DNA of 64,000 nucleotides from Candidatus Pacearchaeota archaeon (GTDB taxonomy: Archaea > Nanobdellota > Nanobdellia > Pacearchaeales > GW2011-AR1): positions 3,346 through 67,345 of the forward strand of contig JACOYL010000009.1 in assembly GCA_016181895.1 (NCBI GenBank), read 5' to 3'. Position numbers and translations under genes: made by a program. Under the pieces are notes generated by a model. It did no database searches. It was not told where the DNA came from and saw nothing but the letters and a program-made list of their open reading frames with translations. Each line of letters opens with the position of its first letter. Position 1 is the first letter of the stretch. Shown here piece by piece: positions 44,815-53,937 of this stretch.

Positions 44815-46139
44815 TACACATTCGGCTGTTTTAATTGAAGGAAAACGAGGAACGCTATATTTATTCCGATGACTCCGAGAATCATAATAAGGGTAATGGC
44901 GCTCGTGCTTAATGAAATTCCCAATCCGGAAATCCTCATCATCATCAGCAAAAGCATTAAAATCATGGGAGCCGCGATTACAACGGAAATGTAAATGTCC
45001 ATGAAAGTTTCCGCGGCTTTCGTGGATTTTTCCCTTTCAAGATTGTATTCAAAAAGCATGGTCTCCGCCCTTTCCCCGAAAAATTTCACCAAGTCTCCTC
45101 CGGAACTTATCGTCGTTGAAAGCCCGTTGAACAAATCCGCGAGTTTTTTGCTCGCGGTGTTGAAACTGCTGTTTCTCAGGGCGGAGACAAAATCCTGCCC
45201 AAGAACATTCACTGTATTGAGAAGCTTGTTGAATTCTTTTTCCAAATAAGGATATTCTTTTGTTGAAATTATTATGTTGAACATTTTCGTCGGATCAATT
45301 AATGAGCCAGAAATCGCAGCCATGTTTATCGTCGCAAAAGGCAGTTCCTGCTCGATTTTTTTTCCGACAGAATCCCTTTCCAGAGAAGGATAAAAATACA
45401 TGAAAAGCAATGTCGTCGTTGGGAAAATAAAAATCAGCCAGAATGTTTTCAGAAATCTCAGGGCAATGCTTTCAGTCCTCAAAGTCACAAAAGGAAGAAT
45501 GGTTCCAATATTGAAAAAAAGCAGAAACACCACAATCAAGACGGCGGCAAAAAGAGAAATCAACGTTGTGAGAATGATGACGGAAAGATAGCTCCTCAAA
45601 AGAAAATTCATGTTTGCCTTCACGATGTCAACCTGCAATTCCCTGAATCCGTATTTTTTTATCATCTCTGCGGAAAATTCCGAGAAAAGCTTGTTTGCGA
45701 ACCCAATATATCTGCTCGGCTTTTTTATTTTTTTTCTTTCGACTTTTTCCTCCTCCTCTTTTTGCTTCAGCCTTTTCAACGTTTCCTTTTCAATTTTTGA
45801 AATCTTGTATTTGTTCTGGAATTTGAGAAACTCGGGAACACTGAGAAAATTTTTTTTCCGGGATTTTCCTTCTGCTTTTCTTTCCGGAATTATTTGCATT
45901 ATTCTGGATTTCAAAGAGGCATTCAAGGACAATTGGTTCAATTTTTTAACGATTCCGTCGCCAACTTTTTTCATCTCTTTTTTCAGGGTTTTTATCTGCT
46001 CTTCTATCTCTTTTTTGTCTCCTGAATTGGATTTTTTTCCCATTTCTTTTGAAAAGACGTTTATCTCCTTGACCATTCTTACTTCCTTTGAAATGTCCCT
46101 TTTAAAGTCGAGAAAAAAATCTTCTTTTTTATTCAGCAT
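44814..46139 (-). CDS. Type IV filament platform protein, single T2SSF domain with a K/E-rich N-terminal extension (TadB/FlaJ-half-like)
   Basis: 'ELPFATINMAAISGSLIDPTKMF...LRNSSFNTASKKLADLFNGLSTTISSGGDLVKFF' plus TM helices. Confidence 0.75.
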   Translation of the reverse strand: MLNKKEDFFLDFKRDISKEVRMVKEINVFSKEMGKKSNSGDKKEIEEQIKTLKKEMKKVGDGIVKKLNQLSLNASLKSRIMQIIPERKAEGKSRKKNFLSVPEFLKFQNKYKISKIEKETLKRLKQKEEEEKVERKKIKKPSRYIGFANKLFSEFSAEMIKKYGFRELQVDIVKANMNFLLRSYLSVIILTTLISLFAAVLIVVFLLFFNIGTILPFVTLRTESIALRFLKTFWLIFIFPTTTLLFMYFYPSLERDSVGKKIEQELPFATINMAAISGSLIDPTKMFNIIISTKEYPYLEKEFNKLLNTVNVLGQDFVSALRNSSFNTASKKLADLFNGLSTTISSGGDLVKFFGERAETMLFEYNLEREKSTKAAETFMDIYISVVIAAPMILMLLLMMMRISGLGISLSTSAITLIMILGVIGINIAFLVFLQLKQPNV

Positions 46140-46308
46140 TCAAAACCTCCGCGATTTTTTCCTGAATTTCAACCATTGTTTTTTTCGTTTTGTTGAATTT
46201 TTCAACGTCACCTGCTTTATAATATCTTTCAAGGCTTGGTTCTAAGTCCTCCATAGATTTCACCATTTGCTCGAGAAAAGATGTATCTTTTTCCATGTTA
46301 TTCACCAT
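46129..46308 (-). CDS. Small coiled-coil ORF (59 aa) coupled to the platform gene
   Basis: Below the track cutoff. 'MVNNMEKDTSFLEQMVKSMEDLEPSLERYYKAGDVEKFNKTKKTMVEIQEKIAEVLNAE'. Its stop codon overlaps the start region of the 441-aa ORF. Confidence 0.35.
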   Translation of the reverse strand: MVNNMEKDTSFLEQMVKSMEDLEPSLERYYKAGDVEKFNKTKKTMVEIQEKIAEVLNAE

Positions 46309-46316
46309 TTTTCTAA

Positions 46317-46437
46317 TTTTCCGTGTTTCGCGATGCTTTTTTATTCAGTGTTTGCCGATGCCTTTCGTTGCGAAGCGTATGCAATCGCATCGCTATGCGT
46401 AATCGCTTTTCAATTTAAAACAGAAATACGTTATTAA
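46317..46437. repeat. Partial MITE-like repeat copy
   Basis: 'ccgtgtttcgcgatgc...gtgtttgccgatgc...gctatgcgtaatcgctttt..tttaaaacag' is collinear with the 32625-32820 and 39624-39877 elements. Confidence 0.6.
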
Positions 46438-46644
46438 ATTTTACTTAACTGGATATTATTCCCATTACCTTCATCGCGATATTAATGAGGTTATCCAACC
46501 ACCAACCCCTGACCATCGACCCAAAAGAATGTTAACTAATCATCAAATTTTATTAAACAAATTAAAAAATTCTTTACATTAACATTTATATCAATAAGAT
46601 AGTATGATAATGCGAGCGTATTTTTAAAATTCTTATTTTTCTGC

Positions 46645-48216
46645 CTATTGAATCCCGAATTCCCTTAAAACTTTCTCGGGTTTTTTGTAATATTCGTTTA
46701 TTATTTCCTGGACTTTTTCAAACCCGAAAATTTTTCTTTGATACATCATGTAAATAATCTTGCTTCTTCTTCTGAACTCAAGCTCGATTTCCTCGATTCT
46801 TTGCCCCGTCATTCTTGAAATTTTTTCGAAAATTCTGCTGTTTCTCTTGAAATAAAAACTGTCGTCAATCGGATTCCACGTGAATGGAGTGTTTGTCAAT
46901 GCAACTCCTTCCGGAGTTATGTTTATTATTTCCACGACTTCCTTGAGTTTTCTCGTTTCCTGTTTTTTGACAACCGCGTGCGTCATAACACAAACAGCGT
47001 CGAGAACATTAACAAGCGAAGGAGAAAGTTCTATCGGAGGGGTTTCAAGCCTTTTTACGACGGTATCGACGGAGTCCGCGTGCATCGTGCTTATTGAACT
47101 GTGCCCTGAGGCCATTCCCTGGAACAAAACAAAAGCCTCCTTGCCTCTGACTTCCCCGACAATCACGTAATCCGGATTTTGCCTGAAAGAGCTTCTCAAT
47201 AACGCGAACAAATCAATTTCCCCCAAGCCGCCTATTCCCGTAGCCGTTCTTGCAACGCTGGGCAGCCAGTTTTCCCTTGGAAGATTCAATTCCCTCGTGT
47301 CTTCGATGCTTACAACTCTTGACTCTGGGGGAATGAAAAAAGCCATTGCATTCAGCAAAGTTGTTTTTCCCGACGACGTTCCTCCTATGATCAATATGTT
47401 CATTTCATTTTCAATAAGCAGCCAAAGATAGGCAAGCATCTCGGGGCTTAAAGTGTTGAATTCGATAAGCTGCGGCGGCGTCCATGGTTCTTTCGTGAAT
47501 TTTCTTATCGTGAATGTTGGTCCTCTTGATGTGATGTCTTTAGTGTATGTCGCATTTACTCTGCTTCCGTCGGGCAAACTGCCATCTAAAATAGGATTTG
47601 CGTATGAAATGTATTTCCCGACCCTTTGCGCGAGTTTCTCCACGAAGCTCGCGAGTTTCTCCACGTCATTGAAAATAACATTTGTTTTCATGTTTCTGTA
47701 CATTCTGTGGACAATGTAAACCGGCGTTTCGGCGCCGTTGCACTCAATGTCCTCCACGAAATAATCCCTCAGCAACGGTTCCGCCTCGTTGAATCCGACG
47801 AAGTTTCGCGCAAGATAATAATAAATTTTCTTGAAGCTTTCATAAGGAATGTCCAATCCGAGTTCAACGGCAAGAATCCTGAACATCTTGTCAATGTAAT
47901 CAAGCAAAACATTTATTTCCTTTTCTACGATTGTGTCGAAATTAATCATGTTCTCCATCGCGGAAATAAGCTCTTCCCTGTAATATTCTTCTTTTTTTGT
48001 CAAAATCGGCTCCTCAATCTCATAAACCAGTTCGGAAATTTTGTTGTTCCAATAAATGTGAGCGAATGCAAAAGGAGCAATCAACGTGTATCTGACATTG
48101 ACTTTTGTCTTGTCATCTGTTTTTTTCAATCCTGGGATTTCAGGAGAGAAATTTATCTCCACTTTTGGATAACTCTGGATTCCAACTCCAATGAGGTTTT
48201 CTTTTTTTATTTCCAT
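46645..48216 (-). CDS. FlaI/PilB-type secretion ATPase (archaeal type IV filament assembly ATPase)
   Basis: Walker A 'GGTSSGKTTLLNA', 'SIEDTRELNL', 'GEVRGKEAFVLFQGMASGHSSISTMHA'. FlaI-like N-domain 'YTLIAPFAFAHIYW...YEIEEP'. Confidence 0.9.
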   Translation of the reverse strand: MEIKKENLIGVGIQSYPKVEINFSPEIPGLKKTDDKTKVNVRYTLIAPFAFAHIYWNNKISELVYEIEEPILTKKEEYYREELISAMENMINFDTIVEKEINVLLDYIDKMFRILAVELGLDIPYESFKKIYYYLARNFVGFNEAEPLLRDYFVEDIECNGAETPVYIVHRMYRNMKTNVIFNDVEKLASFVEKLAQRVGKYISYANPILDGSLPDGSRVNATYTKDITSRGPTFTIRKFTKEPWTPPQLIEFNTLSPEMLAYLWLLIENEMNILIIGGTSSGKTTLLNAMAFFIPPESRVVSIEDTRELNLPRENWLPSVARTATGIGGLGEIDLFALLRSSFRQNPDYVIVGEVRGKEAFVLFQGMASGHSSISTMHADSVDTVVKRLETPPIELSPSLVNVLDAVCVMTHAVVKKQETRKLKEVVEIINITPEGVALTNTPFTWNPIDDSFYFKRNSRIFEKISRMTGQRIEEIELEFRRRSKIIYMMYQRKIFGFEKVQEIINEYYKKPEKVLREFGIQ

Positions 48217-48225
48217 TTTTTATTT

Positions 48226-48759
48226 TTAGCTTACAACAATGTCAATTATTATTTTTCCTTCTGCATTTTCTCCCTTGTTTTCTATTGAAATAGTGTAGGG
48301 CGTTGTCGAATCTTCTATTGTTCTTTCATCGTTTGCCCCGTTATTAGTTATATCGTAATCGTAAGTTGATGTCAAGGTTACTGTGTTTGTTCCCCCGATG
48401 TCTTCTGTCATTGCTTCCATGTTTCCTATGCTGACTGTTTGTCCTGGCTCGCTGTAAACATAATTTGTTTCCATTTCAAAAATTATTTTGTCATTAACAC
48501 CATCTATCTTTAATTTTCCCTTTCTTATGTTTGTTTCAACGAGCCTTTTGTTTCCCGTCCCCCCATGAACGACAGAGAGTATTACATTATTTATATCCTT
48601 CACTGCGTTTATGCTTTGCTCTATCACAGAACGGTCCTGAATTTCCTCGATTCTTGGGATGACGAAAGCCAAAACCGCGCCAATCATCGTCAATGCGATA
48701 AGAGTGTAAATCACGGTTTCAACCCAGATTTGTCCGAATTTATTCATGCCCCTTTTCAT
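48226..48759 (-). CDS. Pilin-like protein (class III signal; Glu at +5)
   Basis: 'MKRGMNKFG/QIWVETVIYTLIALTMIGAVLAF'. Lies 9 nt upstream of the ATPase gene. Confidence 0.6.
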   Translation of the reverse strand: MKRGMNKFGQIWVETVIYTLIALTMIGAVLAFVIPRIEEIQDRSVIEQSINAVKDINNVILSVVHGGTGNKRLVETNIRKGKLKIDGVNDKIIFEMETNYVYSEPGQTVSIGNMEAMTEDIGGTNTVTLTSTYDYDITNNGANDERTIEDSTTPYTISIENKGENAEGKIIIDIVVS

Positions 48760-49188
48760 TTCAAACTAAGAAAGATTTTGTTTAAATAATTAACTTAAAG
48801 TCCCGCCTCTCGCAATCCCACTTGATATTAATATGAAAAATTTCACTCGTGAAGCTGCCCTTCTCGCGACCCGACTTTATTATTAATAATTTTAAAATTG
48901 TTAAAGTCAAATCGCTCGCCCACCCTTGGAAACAAGTATTAATGCAAAATCCGGGTTCATCAACTATTAATTCAGGATAAATTATCTGCACATTAGCCTT
49001 TTTCATGTAATATTTATGCTCCAAAAATCAACGTTAACCCACAATAATAATTTTATAATGATTTAATTGGGATTTTATATTATTATTCATATCAATATTC
49101 TATAATTTTCCCATCCGCATAAGAGAATAAGTTTAATTTTCAAACAATTTTAATATCGCGTCCAACTGATAATTTAACTATGAAAGAT

Positions 49189-49238
49189 TTTCTGCATTAA
49201 TCTTTTTTACATCAATATGCGAGTTCGCAGAACGAGCC
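49189..49238. repeat. Intergenic repeat module abutting the pilin stop codon
   Basis: 'tttctgcattaatcttttttacatcaatatgcgagttcgcagaacgagcc'. Related to 1755-1792, 54971-55023 and the inner left arm of 39624-39877. Confidence 0.6.
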
Positions 49239-49240
49239 AA

Positions 49241-49738
49241 TCATGCAAGCAAGGAACAATCATCAATGTCTGAAACAACATCTGAAACCTCGCACTGAAC
49301 CCCTGAAATTATCGGAGCGATTTGAATCGTGTTCGGTCTTGTACTAGAATCATAAAAATAAGTTCTGCCGCTGTTTTTTGGAGGAAGTCTTGCTAAATCT
49401 GTTCCATTAAAATATTCCAAACCATTAATTAACTGCTCTTCGTTTGTCAATGTAAAAGGCGTTGTTTCAGCTTGCGTTGAAATTGAAACCAAAACACCTT
49501 CAACGTCGATATCTCCGATGCTGATTGCAAAATGGACTTTATTAGTTGTATCGTCAAAACAAATGTACTTTTCATCCAATGTTATTTTCCCGAAATTTCC
49601 AAAGCACGATTCTGAACTTTTAACTTTTTCTGTAATAAGGTTATTGATGAATGTCCAGACAATTACAACAGAAACAACAGTAAGTGCTATTAGAATCAAT
49701 GTCACGACAATTCCTGAAAGCCCTGATTTGTTTTTCAT
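49241..49738 (-). CDS. Archaeal pilin (Pilin_N/DUF1628-type N-terminus)
   Basis: 'MKNKSG/LSGIVVTLILIALTVVSVVIV'. Confidence 0.7.
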   Translation of the reverse strand: MKNKSGLSGIVVTLILIALTVVSVVIVWTFINNLITEKVKSSESCFGNFGKITLDEKYICFDDTTNKVHFAISIGDIDVEGVLVSISTQAETTPFTLTNEEQLINGLEYFNGTDLARLPPKNSGRTYFYDSSTRPNTIQIAPIISGVQCEVSDVVSDIDDCSLLA

Positions 49739-50022
49739 ATAAAAGAATAAAGAAATATTATTTATTAAATCTTCCCGTCAAAAATCCTAATTTATAAATC
49801 TCTTTCCGTTTATAGAAACAGATGCTAATGTAAAAACCGCCTTTATCAACTATTAATCGTCTGTAAAGAATTTTTGTACATTAACCATTTTCAGATTATT
49901 GTCGTGAAGTTGTTCACCCCTATCAATCAAGTTTTAATAGAAAACTTCCTCATATATTTTTCAATGGGTTGCACCAAGCGATAAAGTGGATTTCAGATTA
50001 AAATCTGTTTCTGCATTAAAAT

Positions 50023-50493
50023 TCAAAACGAAATTTCCCGTCCATAAAGTTTTTCATCGCAGGCAAATGAAGCCTGCGCCCCCTTTTGAGTAGTTCCGAG
50101 GAGAATTGGAATCAGCGTTATGTCTCCTTGCAAACCGCCGACATTGACTAAAGTTGCTTCTCCTTCAACTAATCCATCATTTTCATCATCCCAATCGGCA
50201 CGCAACTCGCTCAAGTCTTTTGTGTCATGTCCTCCGGGACCTGAAGTTATAACTTTAAAGCCGTAAATGGGAACACTTCCAATATTTTTAATTGCCAAGT
50301 CCCCTGTTACATCAGAATAACTTGCATCAAATTGCACGTCATTGCAAACCAGTTGAATGTTTTGGTCGTTTTTCATCCCAGCTTCCTGTATAAATCCTCG
50401 GAACCACATAAAAATAATCAATCCGGAAACGACGACAAGCCCAACGAGAAGCACTGTTGCGATTACGGGGGACAAGCCTCTTTTATTTTGCAT
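50023..50493 (-). CDS. Archaeal pilin (Pilin_N/DUF1628-type N-terminus)
   Basis: 'MQNKRG/LSPVIATVLLVGLVVVSGLIIF', the classic motif. Confidence 0.8.
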   Translation of the reverse strand: MQNKRGLSPVIATVLLVGLVVVSGLIIFMWFRGFIQEAGMKNDQNIQLVCNDVQFDASYSDVTGDLAIKNIGSVPIYGFKVITSGPGGHDTKDLSELRADWDDENDGLVEGEATLVNVGGLQGDITLIPILLGTTQKGAQASFACDEKLYGREISF

Positions 50494-50603
50494 TAAAGAA
50501 TAAAGGAGAGAGCGTTTATAAAAGTTTTTTAAGTTTAGTCTCTAAGATAATCTAATGAGAATAAATTAGAAAAGTATATTAATGGAAGAAAATTAAATTT
50601 TTT

Positions 50604-50804
50604 ATGGAATCAAGTCAAAAAGTCTCATTAGAAAAGATTTACAAAAAACTGGAAAATTTGGAGTTATTTATGAAAAAATTTGAGCAATTTGCTGAAGATT
50701 TGGAATTTGCGAGAAGAACAGAAGAGGCCTACAGAAAGCATGAAGAAGGGGATTTTGTTGAGATGGATTCTGAAAAGTTCTTAAAAGAACTTAAAAAATG
50801 GTAA
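50604..50804 (+). CDS. Putative antitoxin (orphaned partner of the decayed RelE)
   Basis: 66-aa helical acidic ORF. Its stop codon overlaps the ATG of the relE remnant (ATGGTAA). Confidence 0.4.
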   Translation: MESSQKVSLEKIYKKLENLELFMKKFEQFAEDLEFARRTEEAYRKHEEGDFVEMDSEKFLKELKKW

Positions 50805-51045
50805 AGATAATTTATGATTAAAAATTTCAACGAATTATTTCTAAAATAAAAAACTCTTCTGTTCAAAATAGCATAAAAATAAAATTGCAAAAATTATAGA
50901 AAATCCAGAAATAGGCAAACCGATGAGATATATAAGGAAAGGAACAAGAGAAGTTTATGTTGGTTCTTTTCGCCTTTCTTATAAATATTCAAGAGAAGAA
51001 AGTTTAATAGAGTTTCTTGATTTCTATCACAAAGATGAACAATAG
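50798..51045 (+). pseudogene. relE: Decayed RelE/ParE-family toxin gene
   Basis: 'MVKIIYD' is followed by an in-frame TAA (50819-50821). Further stop codons and a frameshift follow near 50893. The C-terminal frame reads 'ENPEIGKPMRYIRKGTREVYVGSFRLSYKYSREESLIEFLDFYHKDEQ*'. Confidence 0.6.
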
Positions 51046-51086
51046 CCTTCTTTTTCACCCCCCAATAATAACAACAAATCATAAGA

Positions 51087-51095
51087 TTTATAAAG
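51087..51095 (+). promoter_or_regulatory. TATA box upstream of the Tat/lipoprotein gene
   Basis: 'tttataaag'. Its spacing favours the 51123 ATG over 51101. Confidence 0.4.
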
Positions 51096-51122
51096 TTTGA
51101 ATGTCAATGAATTTTAAGAAAA

Positions 51123-52097
51123 ATGATATTGGAAAGCAAATTAACCAGAAGGGAAGCGCTAAAGAGGGGAGCGGGTTTAGCAGGCATGTTGGCTTTTGGC
51201 AAACTTTTCACTGCTTGTGCCGACGACGGAAGCAAAAAACATTCTCCAGAAATAACTTCAAATCCTGTAACAGAAGTCAATGAGGGACAAATTTACAATT
51301 CTAAGATTACCGCAACAGACGAGGACAATGCTGAGTTGGAATATAAAATAAACAAAGCTCCTTTATGGCTTTCAATGGAAGAAAGAAGTGATGGGATTTA
51401 CATAACAGGAATGGCTCCTCAGGTTTCTGCAGACACTCCAAATCCGGTTGAGGTTGAAGTTTCCGACGGAAAAAGAACAGACAAGCAAGAATACACTCTA
51501 ACTGTAAAGGATGTTCCTGAACCGGTAAATCATGCCCCGACCGCATTTTTGAGCGAGCCTGATTTTGGCGATGGTTTAAGCGGAACATATTTTGTAACAG
51601 TTGGCGGAGATGATGAAGACGGAGATGGCATTGAAGTTTACGCAAGATTTAACGGCGAGGAGTGGAATTTCTATGACAACGGGCAAACCATCGAGAGGCC
51701 GATAGTTGAGGGACAAAATACCATAGAATCAAAAGTTATTGATGAATTTGGAAATGAATCAGAAATTGTGATGAAGAGTTTTTACTCACCGACGGAGGAG
51801 GAGGCGAGGGAGAAGATTGAGGAGATATTGAATGCAACTAGTAACGGGGGTATTATAGAGGACGATAATTTTAGAAATACTGGAATTATGGTTGATTATG
51901 CTATAGAACCACAACCTTCTGTTCCAAGTGGAGATGTCATTATAGAATATATTGGAGAAAATGATAATTTAACTCAAGAAATGAATGACAAAGAATATTT
52001 TGATGCTAATAATATTCCTAATCTTTACATGAATAAATTACCTGTCACAGAAATAGAACTAAGAGTTAATAAATTTATTCAAGATATCTGGCAATAA
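51123..52097 (+). CDS. Tat-signal lipoprotein with Ig/cadherin-like domain
   Basis: 'LTRREALKRGAGLAGMLAFGKLFTAC' (RR motif plus lipobox-like Cys). 'ITSNPVTEVNEGQIYNSKITATDEDNAELEYKI...' is a putative-Ig pattern. Confidence 0.6.
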   Translation: MILESKLTRREALKRGAGLAGMLAFGKLFTACADDGSKKHSPEITSNPVTEVNEGQIYNSKITATDEDNAELEYKINKAPLWLSMEERSDGIYITGMAPQVSADTPNPVEVEVSDGKRTDKQEYTLTVKDVPEPVNHAPTAFLSEPDFGDGLSGTYFVTVGGDDEDGDGIEVYARFNGEEWNFYDNGQTIERPIVEGQNTIESKVIDEFGNESEIVMKSFYSPTEEEAREKIEEILNATSNGGIIEDDNFRNTGIMVDYAIEPQPSVPSGDVIIEYIGENDNLTQEMNDKEYFDANNIPNLYMNKLPVTEIELRVNKFIQDIWQ

Positions 52098-52110
52098 AAT
52101 TTCTTCTTAA

Positions 52111-53511
52111 TTAATACTTTACTCCACTAATATTAATTCCATCAATGTAAAATTTATCACCATCAGAATTCATCCCACCGACAAAACTAAATTGTGTAGA
52201 ACTGGTAAAAGAAGATGTGTCAGTTAAAATGACATTTTGAGGAATCCAGCCATCTTGAGTTGTTGAACTACACCAAGAATTTATTACAGATGTTCCTACT
52301 TTAAATTGAAGACAATCTGAACCCTCAAAACTATTATAATATCCGCTCCAGTTTACTGTTACGGTTGTATACCCTACTAAATTGAAATTTTGTGATATTG
52401 AGGCTGTACCCCCTCTTATTCTAATATTTGCAATACCCCCTTTTTGTCCGGCGTCTGTAACATTGATTGTAGGACTTTCCACAGTATTCCTATTAACATT
52501 TCCACTAATTGTCCATCCTTGATTTACAATTGTATTATCTTCAAATCCAAAAACTTTCAAAGAGGGGTATTTAAGAGCCACGATATTTAATGTTTCTACC
52601 TGACAACTACTTGAGCAACCATCTCCGCTAAGAGGCGGACTTCCTACATCATTATCACATTGCTCACTTTCCTGATTAACTGTTCCATCTCCACAAACAG
52701 CTGCCGGTGGAGGAGCAGTGCATCCGGTAAACGTGCAACTTGATGTACAACTCAAAGTTCCAGTCCACCCACTTTCAAAAGCAGTTTCACAGTTTTTCCC
52801 ATCCAAATCAGTTCCATCACACTGCTCTGTTCCTTCTATATTATTATTAAGATTACAGCTTATTCCAAATGTTCCGCAAATTAAATTTTCTTTTATCCTC
52901 GCATCTGTGCAACTAACAGGTCTTATTCTGTTTTTTATCGTCTCATATCTTAAAGGAACTATTTCAATTGAATAAATGCATTGGCCAGAACTAGAGGAAC
53001 ACGTGCCACCATTGACACTTAAAGGACCAATTGCAAAAGAATCGCTTAATGTATCTCCAGCACTTTTCGGATTTATGTCATTTCCTCCTGTCCAATATTT
53101 TACAAAACCCCCGACTTTTCTTTTGGGATTGGTGTTATAAGAAGACAAATCATTCACGGCAAGTTCCTGATCTGAAGATGTTGTTGCATGAATAAAATAT
53201 CCCGCGATGTCAAATCTTCCGTTATTTTTAAGAGTTAAATCAAATCTGTCGTCACTGCAATCATTGTTGTAACTTTGTATGAAAAGCGAAACGCCTTCAT
53301 CGCATTTTATTGATTCCTGGGGAACGTATGTTTTTACCCACTGATAGACAATTATGCTCATCAGGATTGCCATTGATATGAGCAATATGTACCCAATCAT
53401 CACGCTGATTCCTCTGCGATTTTTCAGTAAACCCTTTCTTTTTCGAGCCAGAGACGAACGCCAAGATGTTGTTCGTGAGGAAGATGGGTGAACTTGTGAA
53501 CCTCTTTTCAT
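52111..53511 (-). CDS. Pilin-N-terminus fused to a Cys-rich repeat adhesin module (466 aa) with a 34-aa leader
   Basis: '...LLKNRRG/ISVMIGYILLISMAILMSIIVY'. 'CGDGTVNQESEQCDNDVGSPPLSGDGCSSSCQVE' is a Myxococcus-type Cys-rich repeat (~52590-52830). C-terminal beta-sandwich-like region ending 'GDKFYIDGINISGVKY'. Confidence 0.7.
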   Translation of the reverse strand: MKRGSQVHPSSSRTTSWRSSLARKRKGLLKNRRGISVMIGYILLISMAILMSIIVYQWVKTYVPQESIKCDEGVSLFIQSYNNDCSDDRFDLTLKNNGRFDIAGYFIHATTSSDQELAVNDLSSYNTNPKRKVGGFVKYWTGGNDINPKSAGDTLSDSFAIGPLSVNGGTCSSSSGQCIYSIEIVPLRYETIKNRIRPVSCTDARIKENLICGTFGISCNLNNNIEGTEQCDGTDLDGKNCETAFESGWTGTLSCTSSCTFTGCTAPPPAAVCGDGTVNQESEQCDNDVGSPPLSGDGCSSSCQVETLNIVALKYPSLKVFGFEDNTIVNQGWTISGNVNRNTVESPTINVTDAGQKGGIANIRIRGGTASISQNFNLVGYTTVTVNWSGYYNSFEGSDCLQFKVGTSVINSWCSSTTQDGWIPQNVILTDTSSFTSSTQFSFVGGMNSDGDKFYIDGINISGVKY

Positions 53512-53561
53512 AAAACAAAAAGAAAATACAAATTAATAAATGTTTTGAGAAAATCTTAATA

Positions 53562-53891
53562 TTAAAGCCGCAATAATTCTCTTATCTCTTCATCTATCTT
53601 TTTAAGATGGAATTCTTCCAAATTACCTATCTTTGAAATAAATCTTTTTTTATCCAATGCTTGAAGTTGAAGAACGAGGGCAACAGAATCTTTATCTAAT
53701 TTATTATCTTTTGATTTATCAACTCTCAAGGTATGGGGAAGTTTGTTTAAAGCTTGTAAGTTTGATGTTAAAGGAACAACTAATACAAGATTTGTTCCAG
53801 TATCGCCCATTATTACAGAAGGTCGTGTTCCGGCTTGTTCTTTCCCGCCTCTCAAAGGGAAATCAATAATCCATATCTCTCCTTTTTTCAT
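53562..53891 (-). CDS. mazF: MazF/PemK-family toxin
   Basis: 'MKKGEIWIIDFPLRGGKEQAGTRPSVIM...VVPLTSN'. Start reassigned to 53891. Confidence 0.8.
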   Translation of the reverse strand: MKKGEIWIIDFPLRGGKEQAGTRPSVIMGDTGTNLVLVVPLTSNLQALNKLPHTLRVDKSKDNKLDKDSVALVLQLQALDKKRFISKIGNLEEFHLKKIDEEIRELLRL

Positions 53892-53937
53892 ATTCAATGC
53901 CTCAGGAAAAATGGAAATTTCACATTTCCTTTGTTCA

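Noticed and set aside
47629-47665. 21-bp in-frame tandem duplication inside the ATPase gene ('cgcgagtttctccacg' twice, giving VEKLASF/VEKLAQR).
   Set aside because: It is real in the sequence, but it is a single 7-codon duplication in a variable N-terminal region and is probably slippage. I judged it of little biological consequence.
48782-49024. 80-aa minus-strand ORF in the spacer between two pilin genes.
   Set aside because: It runs across repeat modules shared with non-coding regions elsewhere. It has no start context or recognisable features, so it is likely spurious.
50819-50821. In-frame TAA in the RelE-like gene as possible stop-codon reassignment.
   Set aside because: All confidently identified genes in the window terminate normally at TAA, TAG or TGA. 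The same gene also has further stop codons and a frameshift, so decay is the simpler explanation.
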